DNA of 41,143 bases. Source: a virus. Taxonomy: Duplodnaviria > Caudoviricetes. Each line of letters opens with the position of its first letter. Position 1 is the stretch's first letter. A program made the translations under genes and the position numbers. Where the stretch lies: positions 1-41,143 of the IMG/VR virus record IMGVR_UViG_3300027653_000028. One strand, written 5' to 3'. Shown in pieces: positions 1 to 9,040 of the stretch. The notes under the pieces were generated by a model. It did not search any database and was not told where the DNA came from. It saw only the letters and a program-made list of their open reading frames with translations.

Positions 1-43
1 CTCACGCAGGGATTAAATCCCGTTTTAACAAAGGTGTTAAACC

Positions 44-475
44 ATGGCGCTAACAGACAAGAAGCGCCGATTCGCTGAAGCGCTCAGGTCGGGCGCCTCG
101 AATCGGGACGCAGCTATTGCTGCAGGCTACAGCGAGAAGACCGCATCACAGTCCGGCTCCAGGCTGGCAAAAGATCCGGACGTGCTGGCTCACATTGGCC
201 GCAAGGAAGCTGTGGTGGAAGCTCAACAGCAGGCCAAGGCCGAAGGCAGGCCGACCAGCCTGGATGCGATCTCACGCACCTACGACGACCCGAAGGACTT
301 TCTCCGGGCCGTGATGAATTACGCCGGCGAAGATATGAAGTTGCGGGTGGACGCGGCCAAGGTGCTGATGCCTTATGAGCACGCCAGGCCGGGCAAGAAG
401 GGCAAGAAAACCGAGCGGCAAGAGCGCGCCGAGAAAGTCGCCAGCAAGTTCTCCGGCCTGCGGTCGGTCAAGTGA
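44..475 (+). CDS. terS: Terminase small subunit
   Basis: N-terminal HTH typical of TerS (LTDKKRRFAEALRSGASNRDAAIAAGYSEKTASQSGSRL); overlaps terL by GTGA; follows HNH/cos region when ends are joined. Confidence 0.9.
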   Translation: MALTDKKRRFAEALRSGASNRDAAIAAGYSEKTASQSGSRLAKDPDVLAHIGRKEAVVEAQQQAKAEGRPTSLDAISRTYDDPKDFLRAVMNYAGEDMKLRVDAAKVLMPYEHARPGKKGKKTERQERAEKVASKFSGLRSVK

Positions 476-3315
476 CACCGGCATGGAGTACCGCCTGCCC
501 AGATTGGGAGGCGAGGCTCAAGAATCGGCAGAGCATCATCCCGCCGCCTATCTTCGAGGCTGAGGCAGAGCTGGCGCTGTCTGTGTTCAAGCAGCTGCGC
601 ATACCTGACCTGCCGGGAAAGCCCGCGTTTGGCGAGTGCTCCGAGCCATGGGTGTTCGACTTTGTTGCATCCGTATTCGGCGCATACGACACCGAAAGCA
701 AGCGGCAACTGATTCGTGAGTTCTTTCTGCTCATTGCAAAAAAAAATACGAAAGCGCTTGCTCTTGACACGCCAATTCCTACGCCGTCCGGCTGGACAAC
801 AATGGGCGATCTTGCTGTCGGGGATACCGTGTTCGGTGCAGACGGGAAGCCGTGCCGGGTGGTGGGTGAGAGTGATGTATTTACAGATCACAAATGCTAC
901 GAATTGACCTTCAGCAACGGGCAGAGGGTTGTGGCGGATGCCGGTCATCTATGGGTCACATCCTCGCTGCTAGACCATCTGCCTAGAAACAAGGGCGGCG
1001 AGGCATACAGAGTTCGCACGACGCAACAGATCGTGGACACGCTGCGCCGAAAAGATGGCGCAGCTTCCCATAGCATGCTGATGCCTGAGCCCATCGAGTG
1101 TGAAGAGAAGTCGCTACCGATCAAGCCATACACGCTTGGCGCATGGCTTGGAGATGGGCACACAGACTGTGCGCGCATCACCACCATGGACGGCGAGATA
1201 CTGAGCGCTATTGAGGGAGAGGGGTATAAGACCAGGTTTGTTGCCAATAATGGTAGTAAGGCCAGCACATACTATATCGGGCTTCCCGAAAGCGGCACGT
1301 GTCGTCGTGGCCACCTGTATTCTGAGCACGGCACGGTGAGCGCAAACGGCCGCACCAGGTGCCTGCAATGCGAGCGCCAACTAGACAAGCAAAAGCGTAC
1401 CGGAGAAGAACCTGACGCTATCGTTTGCCGGAACTTCCAAGAGCTTCTTCGTAAGGCTGGCGTGCTTGGCCGCAAGCACATCCCCGAAGAGTACCTGCGA
1501 GGATCAAAGGAGCAGCGCATCAGGCTGCTGCAGGGCTTGCTGGACACAGACGGCGGGATAAACTCGAAAGGCGACAATATCGTTTTTTCATCATCCAGCC
1601 GGCAGCTTGCGGAGGGCGTGGGGGCGCTTTTAAGCACGCTTGGTATTAAGTTTTCGCTCACTGAGCGCAAGACGTCGATCCGTGGGAAGTTCTCCGGAAC
1701 TTCGTTTTACGTCCAATTTAACTGCTTTGTTGATGATGTGCAGGCGTTCACCTTGCCTCGGAAGCTGAACAGAATGCGTAGGCGTAGCGATTTAAAGGTG
1801 AGCGTTCCCAGAAGTCGGCGCGTACAGATTGTTGATGCAGTCGAGATCAAGCCGGTTCCAGTCAAATGCATTGCCGTTGATTCGCCAGACCACCAGTTTC
1901 TGTTTGGAGAGACGATGCTGCCGACGCACAACAGCACTCTCTGCGCTGGAATTATGCTGACGGCGCTGATCATAGGCGAGCGCGAGGAAGAAGAGCACCT
2001 GATCCTTGCCCCGTCAAAAGAGGTCGCAGACAACGCTTTCAAGCCTGCTGCGGGCATGGTGCGGTGTGATGATGAGCTGAGTGAGCTGATGCACGTTCAG
2101 GATCACATCAGGACCATCACGCACCGGGTGAGCAAAGCGTCACTGAAGGTGGTGGCGGCCGATACTGATGCGGTATCGGGCAAGAAAGCCGGCCGCATCA
2201 TGATCGACGAGCTGTGGGTTTTCGGCAGCAAGGCAAGTGCCGAGTCCATGTTCATGGAGGCCACCGGCGGCCAGGTATCGCGTGATGATGGCTGGATCAT
2301 CTGGCTGACTACGCAAAGTGACAAGCCCCCGGCGGGAGTATTCAAGGACAAGCTGCAATACTTCCGCGACGTGCGGGACGGGATCATTGATGACCCGAAG
2401 GCGCTGCCGGTCATCTACGAATACCCGCAGGAGATGGTTGAGTCGAAGGCGTATCTCGACCCCAGCAACTTCTACATTGCGAACCCGAATATTGGTCGCT
2501 CGGTCAGTTCCGAGTGGATCAGCGATCAGCTGAAGCGATACGAAGGCAAGACTGACGGTTCGTTTCAGCAGTTCATTGCCAAGCATCTCAACATCGAGAT
2601 TGGACTAAACTTGCGCTCCGACCGCTGGGCCGGTGCAGACTATTGGGAAGATGCCGCGATACCGTGCGAGCTTCACGATCTTCTAGAGCGCTCCGAGGTG
2701 GTGGATATAGGCATTGATGGTGGCGGCCTGGACGATTTGCTGGGCATCTACCTGATAGGTCGCGAAAAGGACACCCAGCGAAAGCTGGGGTGGGGCTACG
2801 CCTGGGCTCATCCTTCAGTGCTGGAGCGTCGAAAGGAGATTGCACCGGCGCTTCAGGATTTTGCCAATGATGGCCACCTCACCTTGGTTAAAAGGGTGGG
2901 CGAGGACGTGGACGAATTGGCAGACATTGCTGAGCAGGTGCATGAGTCTGGCTTGCTGGACAAGATTGGTTGCGACCCCGCTGGTATCGGCACGATTCTG
3001 GACAAGCTGGAAGAGCGCGACATCCCCAAAGATAAGTTGGTGGCAGTTAGCCAAGGGTGGAAGCTGGGCGGCGCGATCAAGACGGCAGAGCGCTGGCTTG
3101 CTGATGGTTCTTTCGCGCCCGCTGACCAGCCAATGATGGCTTGGTGTGTGGGGAACGCAAAAGTTGAACCCAGGGCAAACTCGATTTTGATTACCAAGCA
3201 GGCCAGTGGATCTGCTAAGATAGACCCGCTGATGGCCATGTTCAACGCCGTTACGCTGATGGCCCTAAACCCAGATGCTGCAACAAAGAAATATCAAATG
3301 TTTGTGCTAGGATAG
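472..3315 (+). CDS. terL: Terminase large subunit, intein-containing (554 aa after splicing)
   Basis: Walker A IAKKNTK|ST split by an intein, Walker B IMIDELW, nuclease motifs GIDGGGLDDL and KIDPLMA. Confidence 0.95.
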   Translation: MTPAWSTACPDWEARLKNRQSIIPPPIFEAEAELALSVFKQLRIPDLPGKPAFGECSEPWVFDFVASVFGAYDTESKRQLIREFFLLIAKKNTKALALDTPIPTPSGWTTMGDLAVGDTVFGADGKPCRVVGESDVFTDHKCYELTFSNGQRVVADAGHLWVTSSLLDHLPRNKGGEAYRVRTTQQIVDTLRRKDGAASHSMLMPEPIECEEKSLPIKPYTLGAWLGDGHTDCARITTMDGEILSAIEGEGYKTRFVANNGSKASTYYIGLPESGTCRRGHLYSEHGTVSANGRTRCLQCERQLDKQKRTGEEPDAIVCRNFQELLRKAGVLGRKHIPEEYLRGSKEQRIRLLQGLLDTDGGINSKGDNIVFSSSSRQLAEGVGALLSTLGIKFSLTERKTSIRGKFSGTSFYVQFNCFVDDVQAFTLPRKLNRMRRRSDLKVSVPRSRRVQIVDAVEIKPVPVKCIAVDSPDHQFLFGETMLPTHNSTLCAGIMLTALIIGEREEEEHLILAPSKEVADNAFKPAAGMVRCDDELSELMHVQDHIRTITHRVSKASLKVVAADTDAVSGKKAGRIMIDELWVFGSKASAESMFMEATGGQVSRDDGWIIWLTTQSDKPPAGVFKDKLQYFRDVRDGIIDDPKALPVIYEYPQEMVESKAYLDPSNFYIANPNIGRSVSSEWISDQLKRYEGKTDGSFQQFIAKHLNIEIGLNLRSDRWAGADYWEDAAIPCELHDLLERSEVVDIGIDGGGLDDLLGIYLIGREKDTQRKLGWGYAWAHPSVLERRKEIAPALQDFANDGHLTLVKRVGEDVDELADIAEQVHESGLLDKIGCDPAGIGTILDKLEERDIPKDKLVAVSQGWKLGGAIKTAERWLADGSFAPADQPMMAWCVGNAKVEPRANSILITKQASGSAKIDPLMAMFNAVTLMALNPDAATKKYQMFVLG
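754..1932 (+). mobile_element. Class 3 intein (393 aa) with LAGLIDADG homing endonuclease in terL
   Basis: Starts ALALDTPIPTPSGWTTMGDLAVGD; block B ADAGHLW; LAGLIDADG motifs LGAWLGDG and LQGLLDTDG; block F VKCIAV; ends PTHN followed by Ser+1. Confidence 0.92.
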
Positions 3316-3336
3316 ATCGGGCAGGAGATCGTACCA

Positions 3337-5331
3337 ATGAAGGTAGAAAAGGCCTACAGCACGCTGGTCATTAAGGCGGTTGATGAAGATGCCCGAGAGA
3401 TCAGGGGCATTGCCAGCACGCCCGGCACGGACCGCATGGATGATGTTGTTGAGCCGTCCGGTGCGGAGTTCTCTTTGCCCATTCCTCTGTTGTGGCAGCA
3501 CCGCCACGCAGAGCCGATTGGCCAGGTGGTCAAGGCGTCGGTAACAGACAAGGGCATAGAGGTTGTTGCTCGGCTAGTTGCTCCTACGGCGGACATGCCA
3601 GCAGCGATGACCGCTCGACTGCAGGAAGCATGGCATTCAATCAAGACCGGCCTTGTTCGAGGACTGTCCATCGGGTTTAACCCGAAAGAATACAGCTTTA
3701 TGGATAACGGTGGCATTCACTTTTTGAAGTGGGACTGGACTGAGCTGTCCGCGGTGACAATCCCGGCGAACGCCGAGGCCACCATCACCGCAATCAAATC
3801 ATTCGACCAGGAGCAGCGCGCCGCGTTTGGCAAGAAGGCCGCTCCTGTTGTTCGTGTACCAACTGCCGGCGCTTCGGCAATCAAAAGCAAACCAATCAAA
3901 CCGAAGCCCCAGGAGGGCAAGAGTATGAAAACTATTGCAGAGCAACTGGCCGGCTATAATGCCGCCAAAGAAGAGAAGACCGCCCGCATGGCGGAGATCA
4001 TGAAGGCGGCCGGTGATGAGGGTGTGACCCTTGACGCTGAGCAGACCGAAGAGTTTGACACTCTGGAGGCCGAAGTCGAGGCGCTGGAGAAACACATCTC
4101 TCGTCTACAGAAGATGGAAAAGGCTATGGTCAAAACCGCCAAGCCGGTTGCTGACGATCTGCGAAACACTGGCGACGTAACCAAAGCTATTCCCGTTCGC
4201 GCTAAAAACACTCAGAAGCTTGAGCCTGGTGTTGCTTTCGCTCGTGCTGCTAAGTGCCTGGCCCTCGGCCACCTTGAGCACCGTGATGCAATCCAGATTG
4301 CCAAGAGCCTGTACGGCGACCAAGAGCAGATCGTTCGCGCTACTGAGCGCTTGGTGACAAAGGCCGCTGTTCCCGCTGCCACCACCACTGATAGCACCTG
4401 GGCTGGCCCGCTGGTAGGTGACGAGGGCAGCGTGTTTGCCGATTTCGTCGAGTACCTGCGTCCGCAAACCATCTTGGGCCGATTTGGCCAGGGCGGCGTC
4501 CCAAGCCTTCGCCGTGTTCCGTTCCGCGTTCCGCTGGTAGGTCAAACCTCTGGTGGCGATGGCTACTGGGTTGGCGAAGGTCAGGCCAAGCCGTTGACCA
4601 AGTTTGATTTCAGCCGCACCACGCTGGAGCCTCTGAAAGTAGCAAACATTGCGGTGGCCACGATGGAGGTGGTTCGTGATTCCAGCCCGTCCGCTGACAT
4701 CATCATCCGCGACCAGTTGGCCGCCGCGCTGCGCGAGCGCCTGGACATCGACTTCATCGACCCGACCAAGGCGGCTGTCCCTGGAGTGTCCCCGGCGTCG
4801 ATCCTGAACGGCGTCAATGGCACCCCCTCCAGCGGCAATGATGCGGATGCAGTGCGCAGCGATATTCGCGCACTGTTTGGTGCGTTCATCGCGGCGAACA
4901 ACGCTCCGACCTCCGGCGTGTTCATCATGCAGGCGACCACTGCTCTGGCGCTGTCCCTGATGCAGAACCCGCTCGGTCAGGCGGAGTTCCCCGGCCTGAG
5001 CATGACTGGCGGCGTGCTGTTCGGTCTGCCCGCCATTGTTTCCGAGTACGTGCCGGACGGCATTGTGGCTCTGGTCAATGCGAGCGACATCTACGTTGGC
5101 GATGAGGGCGGCATTGATCTGTCTATGTCCACCGAGGCGAGCTTGCAGATGGACAACGCGCCGGACAACCCGAGCACCGACGAGACCGTGATGGTCTCGC
5201 TCTGGCAGCGCAACCTCGTTGGCTTCCGTGCGGAGCGGGCTATCAACTGGGCGCGTCGCCGTGCAAGCGCCGTAGCGTATCTCACGGGCGTTGAGTGGGG
5301 CGCTCCCGAATCGGAAGGCGGTACCGGCTAA
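3337..5331 (+). CDS. HK97-family prohead protease fused to major capsid protein
   Basis: N-terminal protease motifs PLLWQH, GLSIGF, ELSAVTIPAN; coiled-coil delta domain; HK97-fold capsid C-terminus (SLWQRNLVGFRAERAINW). Confidence 0.92.
   Translation: MKVEKAYSTLVIKAVDEDAREIRGIASTPGTDRMDDVVEPSGAEFSLPIPLLWQHRHAEPIGQVVKASVTDKGIEVVARLVAPTADMPAAMTARLQEAWHSIKTGLVRGLSIGFNPKEYSFMDNGGIHFLKWDWTELSAVTIPANAEATITAIKSFDQEQRAAFGKKAAPVVRVPTAGASAIKSKPIKPKPQEGKSMKTIAEQLAGYNAAKEEKTARMAEIMKAAGDEGVTLDAEQTEEFDTLEAEVEALEKHISRLQKMEKAMVKTAKPVADDLRNTGDVTKAIPVRAKNTQKLEPGVAFARAAKCLALGHLEHRDAIQIAKSLYGDQEQIVRATERLVTKAAVPAATTTDSTWAGPLVGDEGSVFADFVEYLRPQTILGRFGQGGVPSLRRVPFRVPLVGQTSGGDGYWVGEGQAKPLTKFDFSRTTLEPLKVANIAVATMEVVRDSSPSADIIIRDQLAAALRERLDIDFIDPTKAAVPGVSPASILNGVNGTPSSGNDADAVRSDIRALFGAFIAANNAPTSGVFIMQATTALALSLMQNPLGQAEFPGLSMTGGVLFGLPAIVSEYVPDGIVALVNASDIYVGDEGGIDLSMSTEASLQMDNAPDNPSTDETVMVSLWQRNLVGFRAERAINWARRRASAVAYLTGVEWGAPESEGGTG
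3911..3927 (+). promoter_or_regulatory. Internal RBS and in-frame ATG (3925) for a capsid-only product
   Basis: AGGAGG at 3911-3916, 8 nt before an in-frame ATG at the protease/delta-domain boundary. Confidence 0.65.
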
Positions 5332-5347
5332 GCGAGTCGCCTAGTTC

Positions 5348-5376
5348 AAGGGGCTGCCTTCGGGCGGCCCCTTCTT
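5348..5376 (+). terminator. Intrinsic terminator/hairpin after capsid gene
   Basis: AAGGGGCTGCC-TTCG-GGCGGCCCCTT stem with UUCG loop; weak U tail (probably leaky). Confidence 0.7.
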
Positions 5377-5398
5377 CAAGATGACTCGAGGGAAAAAC

Positions 5399-5650
5399 AT
5401 GAAGGTTATCTTTACGCACAAGAATGGTCGCGAGCAGCCCATGCAGCGCCGCTACGCCGACATCTTGCAGAAGCTCGGTCGCGGGACGTATATTACTCGC
5501 GACATGCAGGCTCAGGCGCTACGAGACGATGAGGAGCTGTCCCGACTCCGGGCTGAATATCAGGAACTTGTCGGCAAGCGCGCATTCCATGGCTGGGATG
5601 CCGACCAGTTGCGCGAAAAAATCGCCGAATTCAGTCAGGGTGGCGAGTAA
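5399..5650 (+). CDS. Small head-region protein, possible HeH/LEM-like C-terminal domain
   Basis: GAGG RBS before ATG 5399; LRAEYQELVGKRAFHGWDADQLREKIAE resembles small helical domains often found right after capsid genes. Confidence 0.7.
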   Translation: MKVIFTHKNGREQPMQRRYADILQKLGRGTYITRDMQAQALRDDEELSRLRAEYQELVGKRAFHGWDADQLREKIAEFSQGGE

Positions 5651-5805
5651 TGCAATGCCCCATATGCTGGGCCAACACGGTCGGGTTTATCGGCAGCGAT
5701 TGCCGGTGCGCGACTGAGACCGACCCTGACCCGCCTGTGAATGGAGTCACCGTTGACGGTGTACTAGTCACTCATCAAGGCGAGATCGTCACCCATACGG
5801 AGTAA
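5650..5805 (+). CDS. 51-aa Cys-rich hypothetical protein (not in ORF track)
   Basis: TAATG coupling to the upstream gene; MQCPICWANTVGFIGSDCRC...THTE; fills the gap and ends 3 nt before the next ATG. Confidence 0.6.
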   Translation: MQCPICWANTVGFIGSDCRCATETDPDPPVNGVTVDGVLVTHQGEIVTHTE

Positions 5806-5808
5806 ATC

Positions 5809-6861
5809 ATGGCGGAACTATCAACATTGGGGCACGTTATTAAGGCGGCCTACGAAGGCCAGCCGAACACCAACGCATTCACTGATCCGGAAAAGGCGAA
5901 GCTGAGCGGCCTGTCCGATCTGGCAACATCTGGGCAGTGGGCTGACATTGGCGGCAAGCCTGCGTTCATCGCGGCGGGCGCTAGCGAAGAGGAAGCGCGG
6001 CAGGCTATTGGTGCCCTGTCTGCGTCTTTGCTCGGTGCAGCCGATGGCGTTGCTCAGCTGGACGGCGCTGGCACGGTCCCGCTGTCGCAGCTCAATCTTG
6101 AGGGTTTGGCCTACAAAGGGCTGTGGGACGCGGACAGCAATACCCCAGCTATCTCGGATGGGGTGGGCGAAGATGCGGATTTCTACTTTGCCTCATCTAG
6201 CGCCACGGTGGATCTTGGCAGCGGCCCTGTGGAGTTCATTGAGGGCGATATCGTCATCTACTTCGATGGCGTGTGGTCGCGTCTTGGCTCCACGCAGATT
6301 GTCCAGTCTGTAAACGGCCAGATTGGCAACGTCGAGATCACGCGGCAGTCGCTGGGCGCCATGCCGGATGACTACCAGCCAACGTGGGACGACGTGCAGA
6401 ACAAGCCGAACATCCCTGCTATGCGCGGCTCTATCGGCCCTGCTATTCCGGCACTTCGCGTCCCTCTGGTTGACATTCAGTCGATACCTAACGCGACACG
6501 CACGAAGGTCACGCAGTGGGGCGGCGGATACGATCAGTTCAACATTCGCTCAGGCGGTGACTTCACGATCCCGCCGTGGGCCGCGTATGCGCGTGTGACC
6601 TGCTCTGTCGTTTGCTGGGACTTGAGCGCAAATAACTACCTGCACCTTCAGTTGAGCCGCAACGGCGGTGCCGTCGCTACTGGCGTGGCACGTGGCATGG
6701 ACACGGCGCAATTCCCGGTGGCAAGCGCGGATACCGGAATCATGGGCGTGTCGGGCGGCGACATCTTCACCGTCAATGTGATGCACAACTACGGCAGCTC
6801 CCGCAACATCACGAACACCGGCGGCACGATGATCAACATCGAGCTATTCGAGAGCGTTTAA
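5809..6861 (+). CDS. Fibre-like structural protein, putative head fibre/decoration
   Basis: Fibre-type motifs NTNAFTDPEKAKL, WADIGGKP, GVAQLDGAGTVPLSQL, YKGLWDA, VQSVNGQIGNV, WDDVQNKP; beta-rich C-terminal domain; lies between capsid and portal. Confidence 0.6.
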   Translation: MAELSTLGHVIKAAYEGQPNTNAFTDPEKAKLSGLSDLATSGQWADIGGKPAFIAAGASEEEARQAIGALSASLLGAADGVAQLDGAGTVPLSQLNLEGLAYKGLWDADSNTPAISDGVGEDADFYFASSSATVDLGSGPVEFIEGDIVIYFDGVWSRLGSTQIVQSVNGQIGNVEITRQSLGAMPDDYQPTWDDVQNKPNIPAMRGSIGPAIPALRVPLVDIQSIPNATRTKVTQWGGGYDQFNIRSGGDFTIPPWAAYARVTCSVVCWDLSANNYLHLQLSRNGGAVATGVARGMDTAQFPVASADTGIMGVSGGDIFTVNVMHNYGSSRNITNTGGTMINIELFESV

Positions 6862-8208
6862 ATGCTGAAACGACTGTTCAGGAAGCGCGAAGAAAAGGCC
6901 GCTCAGCCCGTTCCACACCGTGGCGGCTGGCGCACCATCTTCGAGCCGTACACCGGCGCGTGGCAGCGCAACGATGAGATAAAGGTGGGCGATCTGCGGT
7001 CGTTTTTCGCTATCTATTCGTGCATCACTCTGATCGCTGGTGATATATCGAAACTGCGCGCTCGAGTGATGGCGGTGGACACCGATGGCATCATGGTTGA
7101 GCGCAACACTCCGCAGGCACTGAGGCGTCCGAACCGGTATCAGAACCACATCCAATTTAAGCAGTGGTGGGAGACCTCCAAGCTCAGCCAGGGCAACGCC
7201 TACGGCCTGAAGCAGCGCGATCGCAGTGGCAACGTGGATGCGATCTACATTCTCGACCCTTGCCGCGTGGTGCCGCTGGTGGCTGACGATGGCAGCGTTT
7301 ACTACGAGCTGAGCACGGACACGCTTAACGGCATCGAAGAAGCCACGCTAACCGTCCCGGCGTCCGAGATCATCCATGACCGTTACCAGCCACAGTACCA
7401 TCCGCTGATCGGTGTCAGCCCTATCGCTGCGGCCGCGCTGTCTGGCCGGCTTGGTCTGCGCATCCAGAAAGACTCAGAGACGTTCTTCGGCAACGGTGCT
7501 CGCCCGGGTGGCATCCTGTCGGCCCCTGGGGCTATCAGCGACGAGACGGCCAGCCGACTCAAGAAACACTGGGACGAGAACTACACCGGAGATAACAGCG
7601 GTCGGGTGGCGGTGGTCGGCGATGGCCTGAAGTACGAGCCGATGCGCGCAAAGTCCGTGGATTCCCAGCTGGTGGAGCAGTTGAACCTGTCGGCCAAGGT
7701 GGTCTGTTCGTGCTTCCATGTGCCGCCGTTCAAGATTGGACTCGACAGCCTGCCCGCAGGCAAGGTTGAGGAGATGAACCTGATCTACTACTCGGACTGC
7801 CTGCAAGTGCTCATTGAGGAATTCGAGCAGTGCATGACGGATGGATTGGGCCTGCCGGAGCGGCAGAGTGTAGAACTGGACATCGACTCGCTATGGCGCA
7901 TGGACTCCGAGAGCAAGTTCCGCATGCTGAGCGAGGCCATCAAGGGCGTGATGGCGCCCAACGAGGCGCGCCGCCGGGTGAACCTCAAGCCGGTAGAGGG
8001 CGGTGACTCTGTATACATGCAGCAGCAGAACTTCAGCCTTGAGGCGCTGGCGCGGCGCGATGCCCAGGCCGACCCATTCTCGACTGCCCAGCCCGAGCCC
8101 GCCCCTGTGCCGCCGGCGGAGCCAGAGGAAGACCAGACAAGGAAATTGGAGGCCGAGCTTTTCATGCTCAAGGCCCTGAAAGCAACGAGAGAGGCCATCC
8201 ATGATTGA
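6862..8208 (+). CDS. Portal protein (HK97 family)
   Basis: AIYSCITLIAGDIS, RPNRYQ, GNAY, EIIHDR, GVSPI, FFGNGARPGGIL, PNEARRRVNLKPVEGGD. Confidence 0.95.
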   Translation: MLKRLFRKREEKAAQPVPHRGGWRTIFEPYTGAWQRNDEIKVGDLRSFFAIYSCITLIAGDISKLRARVMAVDTDGIMVERNTPQALRRPNRYQNHIQFKQWWETSKLSQGNAYGLKQRDRSGNVDAIYILDPCRVVPLVADDGSVYYELSTDTLNGIEEATLTVPASEIIHDRYQPQYHPLIGVSPIAAAALSGRLGLRIQKDSETFFGNGARPGGILSAPGAISDETASRLKKHWDENYTGDNSGRVAVVGDGLKYEPMRAKSVDSQLVEQLNLSAKVVCSCFHVPPFKIGLDSLPAGKVEEMNLIYYSDCLQVLIEEFEQCMTDGLGLPERQSVELDIDSLWRMDSESKFRMLSEAIKGVMAPNEARRRVNLKPVEGGDSVYMQQQNFSLEALARRDAQADPFSTAQPEPAPVPPAEPEEDQTRKLEAELFMLKALKATREAIHD

Positions 8209-9040
8209 TCCTGTAGAGTTCGGCAAGCAGATGGCTGCCATTGTGCGAGAGGCTACAGCCCCGCTAGTCGAGCGAATTGCTGAGCTGGAGAAGGCTCTGT
8301 CTGATGCTCCTGCCCCCGCTGCCCCCGAGATTGATGTAGGGGCAATTGCCAAGGCTGCTGCTGAATTAATCCCTGCCCCGAAAGACGGCAAGTCAGTCAC
8401 AGCAGACGACGTAAGACCCATCCTGGCCGAGATGGTCGATTCCGCAGTAAATGCGATCCCCGTGCCCAAAGACGGCAAAGACGGCAAAGACGGCACTGAC
8501 GGAAAAGACGCCGATATGGCTGAGTTGAAATTGCACCTGGCCGAGCTGGTAAAGCATGTTAATCTGCCCACCTCGCCGTCAGTAGATGAGGTCGCCGCAG
8601 TGTTCGAGCGGAGATTTTCTGACCTCACATTGAGCTGGGAGAGGCAGGCCCGCGATACGTTTGAGAGGGCCGTTGATCGTATGCCGGTGCCTAAGGATGG
8701 GCGCGATGCACTGCCGCTTGAGTCGTTCGACCTGACGCTGAGCGAGGACGGCCGAACGCTGACCGTCAAGATGCAGGCAGCAGATGGCGTGGTCGAGAAG
8801 TCTATCCGCGTCGCAAGCATCATTGACCGAGGCATATACAAGGCCGCATGCGACTATGAGAAGGGCGACGCCGTGACTCATGGCGGCAGCCTTTGGATTG
8901 CCCAGCAGGACGCCCCCGAAGGAGCGCCTGGCATGGGCGGCAAGGGCTGGCGCCTGGCCGTGAAGAAAGGCCGGGATGGCAAAGACCTGCGTGATAACTC
9001 TTCTACTGCCGACACCACAAAGGGAGTGAGCGTAAAATGA
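8201..9040 (+). CDS. Head-associated protein with PKDG/GKD collagen-like repeats
   Basis: Repeated IPxPKDG and GKDGKDGTDGKD; C-terminal YEKGDAVTHGGSLWIA...WRLAVKKGRDGKD; overlaps the portal stop. Confidence 0.75.
   Translation: MIDPVEFGKQMAAIVREATAPLVERIAELEKALSDAPAPAAPEIDVGAIAKAAAELIPAPKDGKSVTADDVRPILAEMVDSAVNAIPVPKDGKDGKDGTDGKDADMAELKLHLAELVKHVNLPTSPSVDEVAAVFERRFSDLTLSWERQARDTFERAVDRMPVPKDGRDALPLESFDLTLSEDGRTLTVKMQAADGVVEKSIRVASIIDRGIYKAACDYEKGDAVTHGGSLWIAQQDAPEGAPGMGGKGWRLAVKKGRDGKDLRDNSSTADTTKGVSVK

Noticed and set aside
738-746. A9 run just before the intein as a phase-variation or frameshift site
   Set aside because: Explained by the Ala-Lys-Lys-Asn codons of Walker A; the frame is intact and a shift gives no useful product
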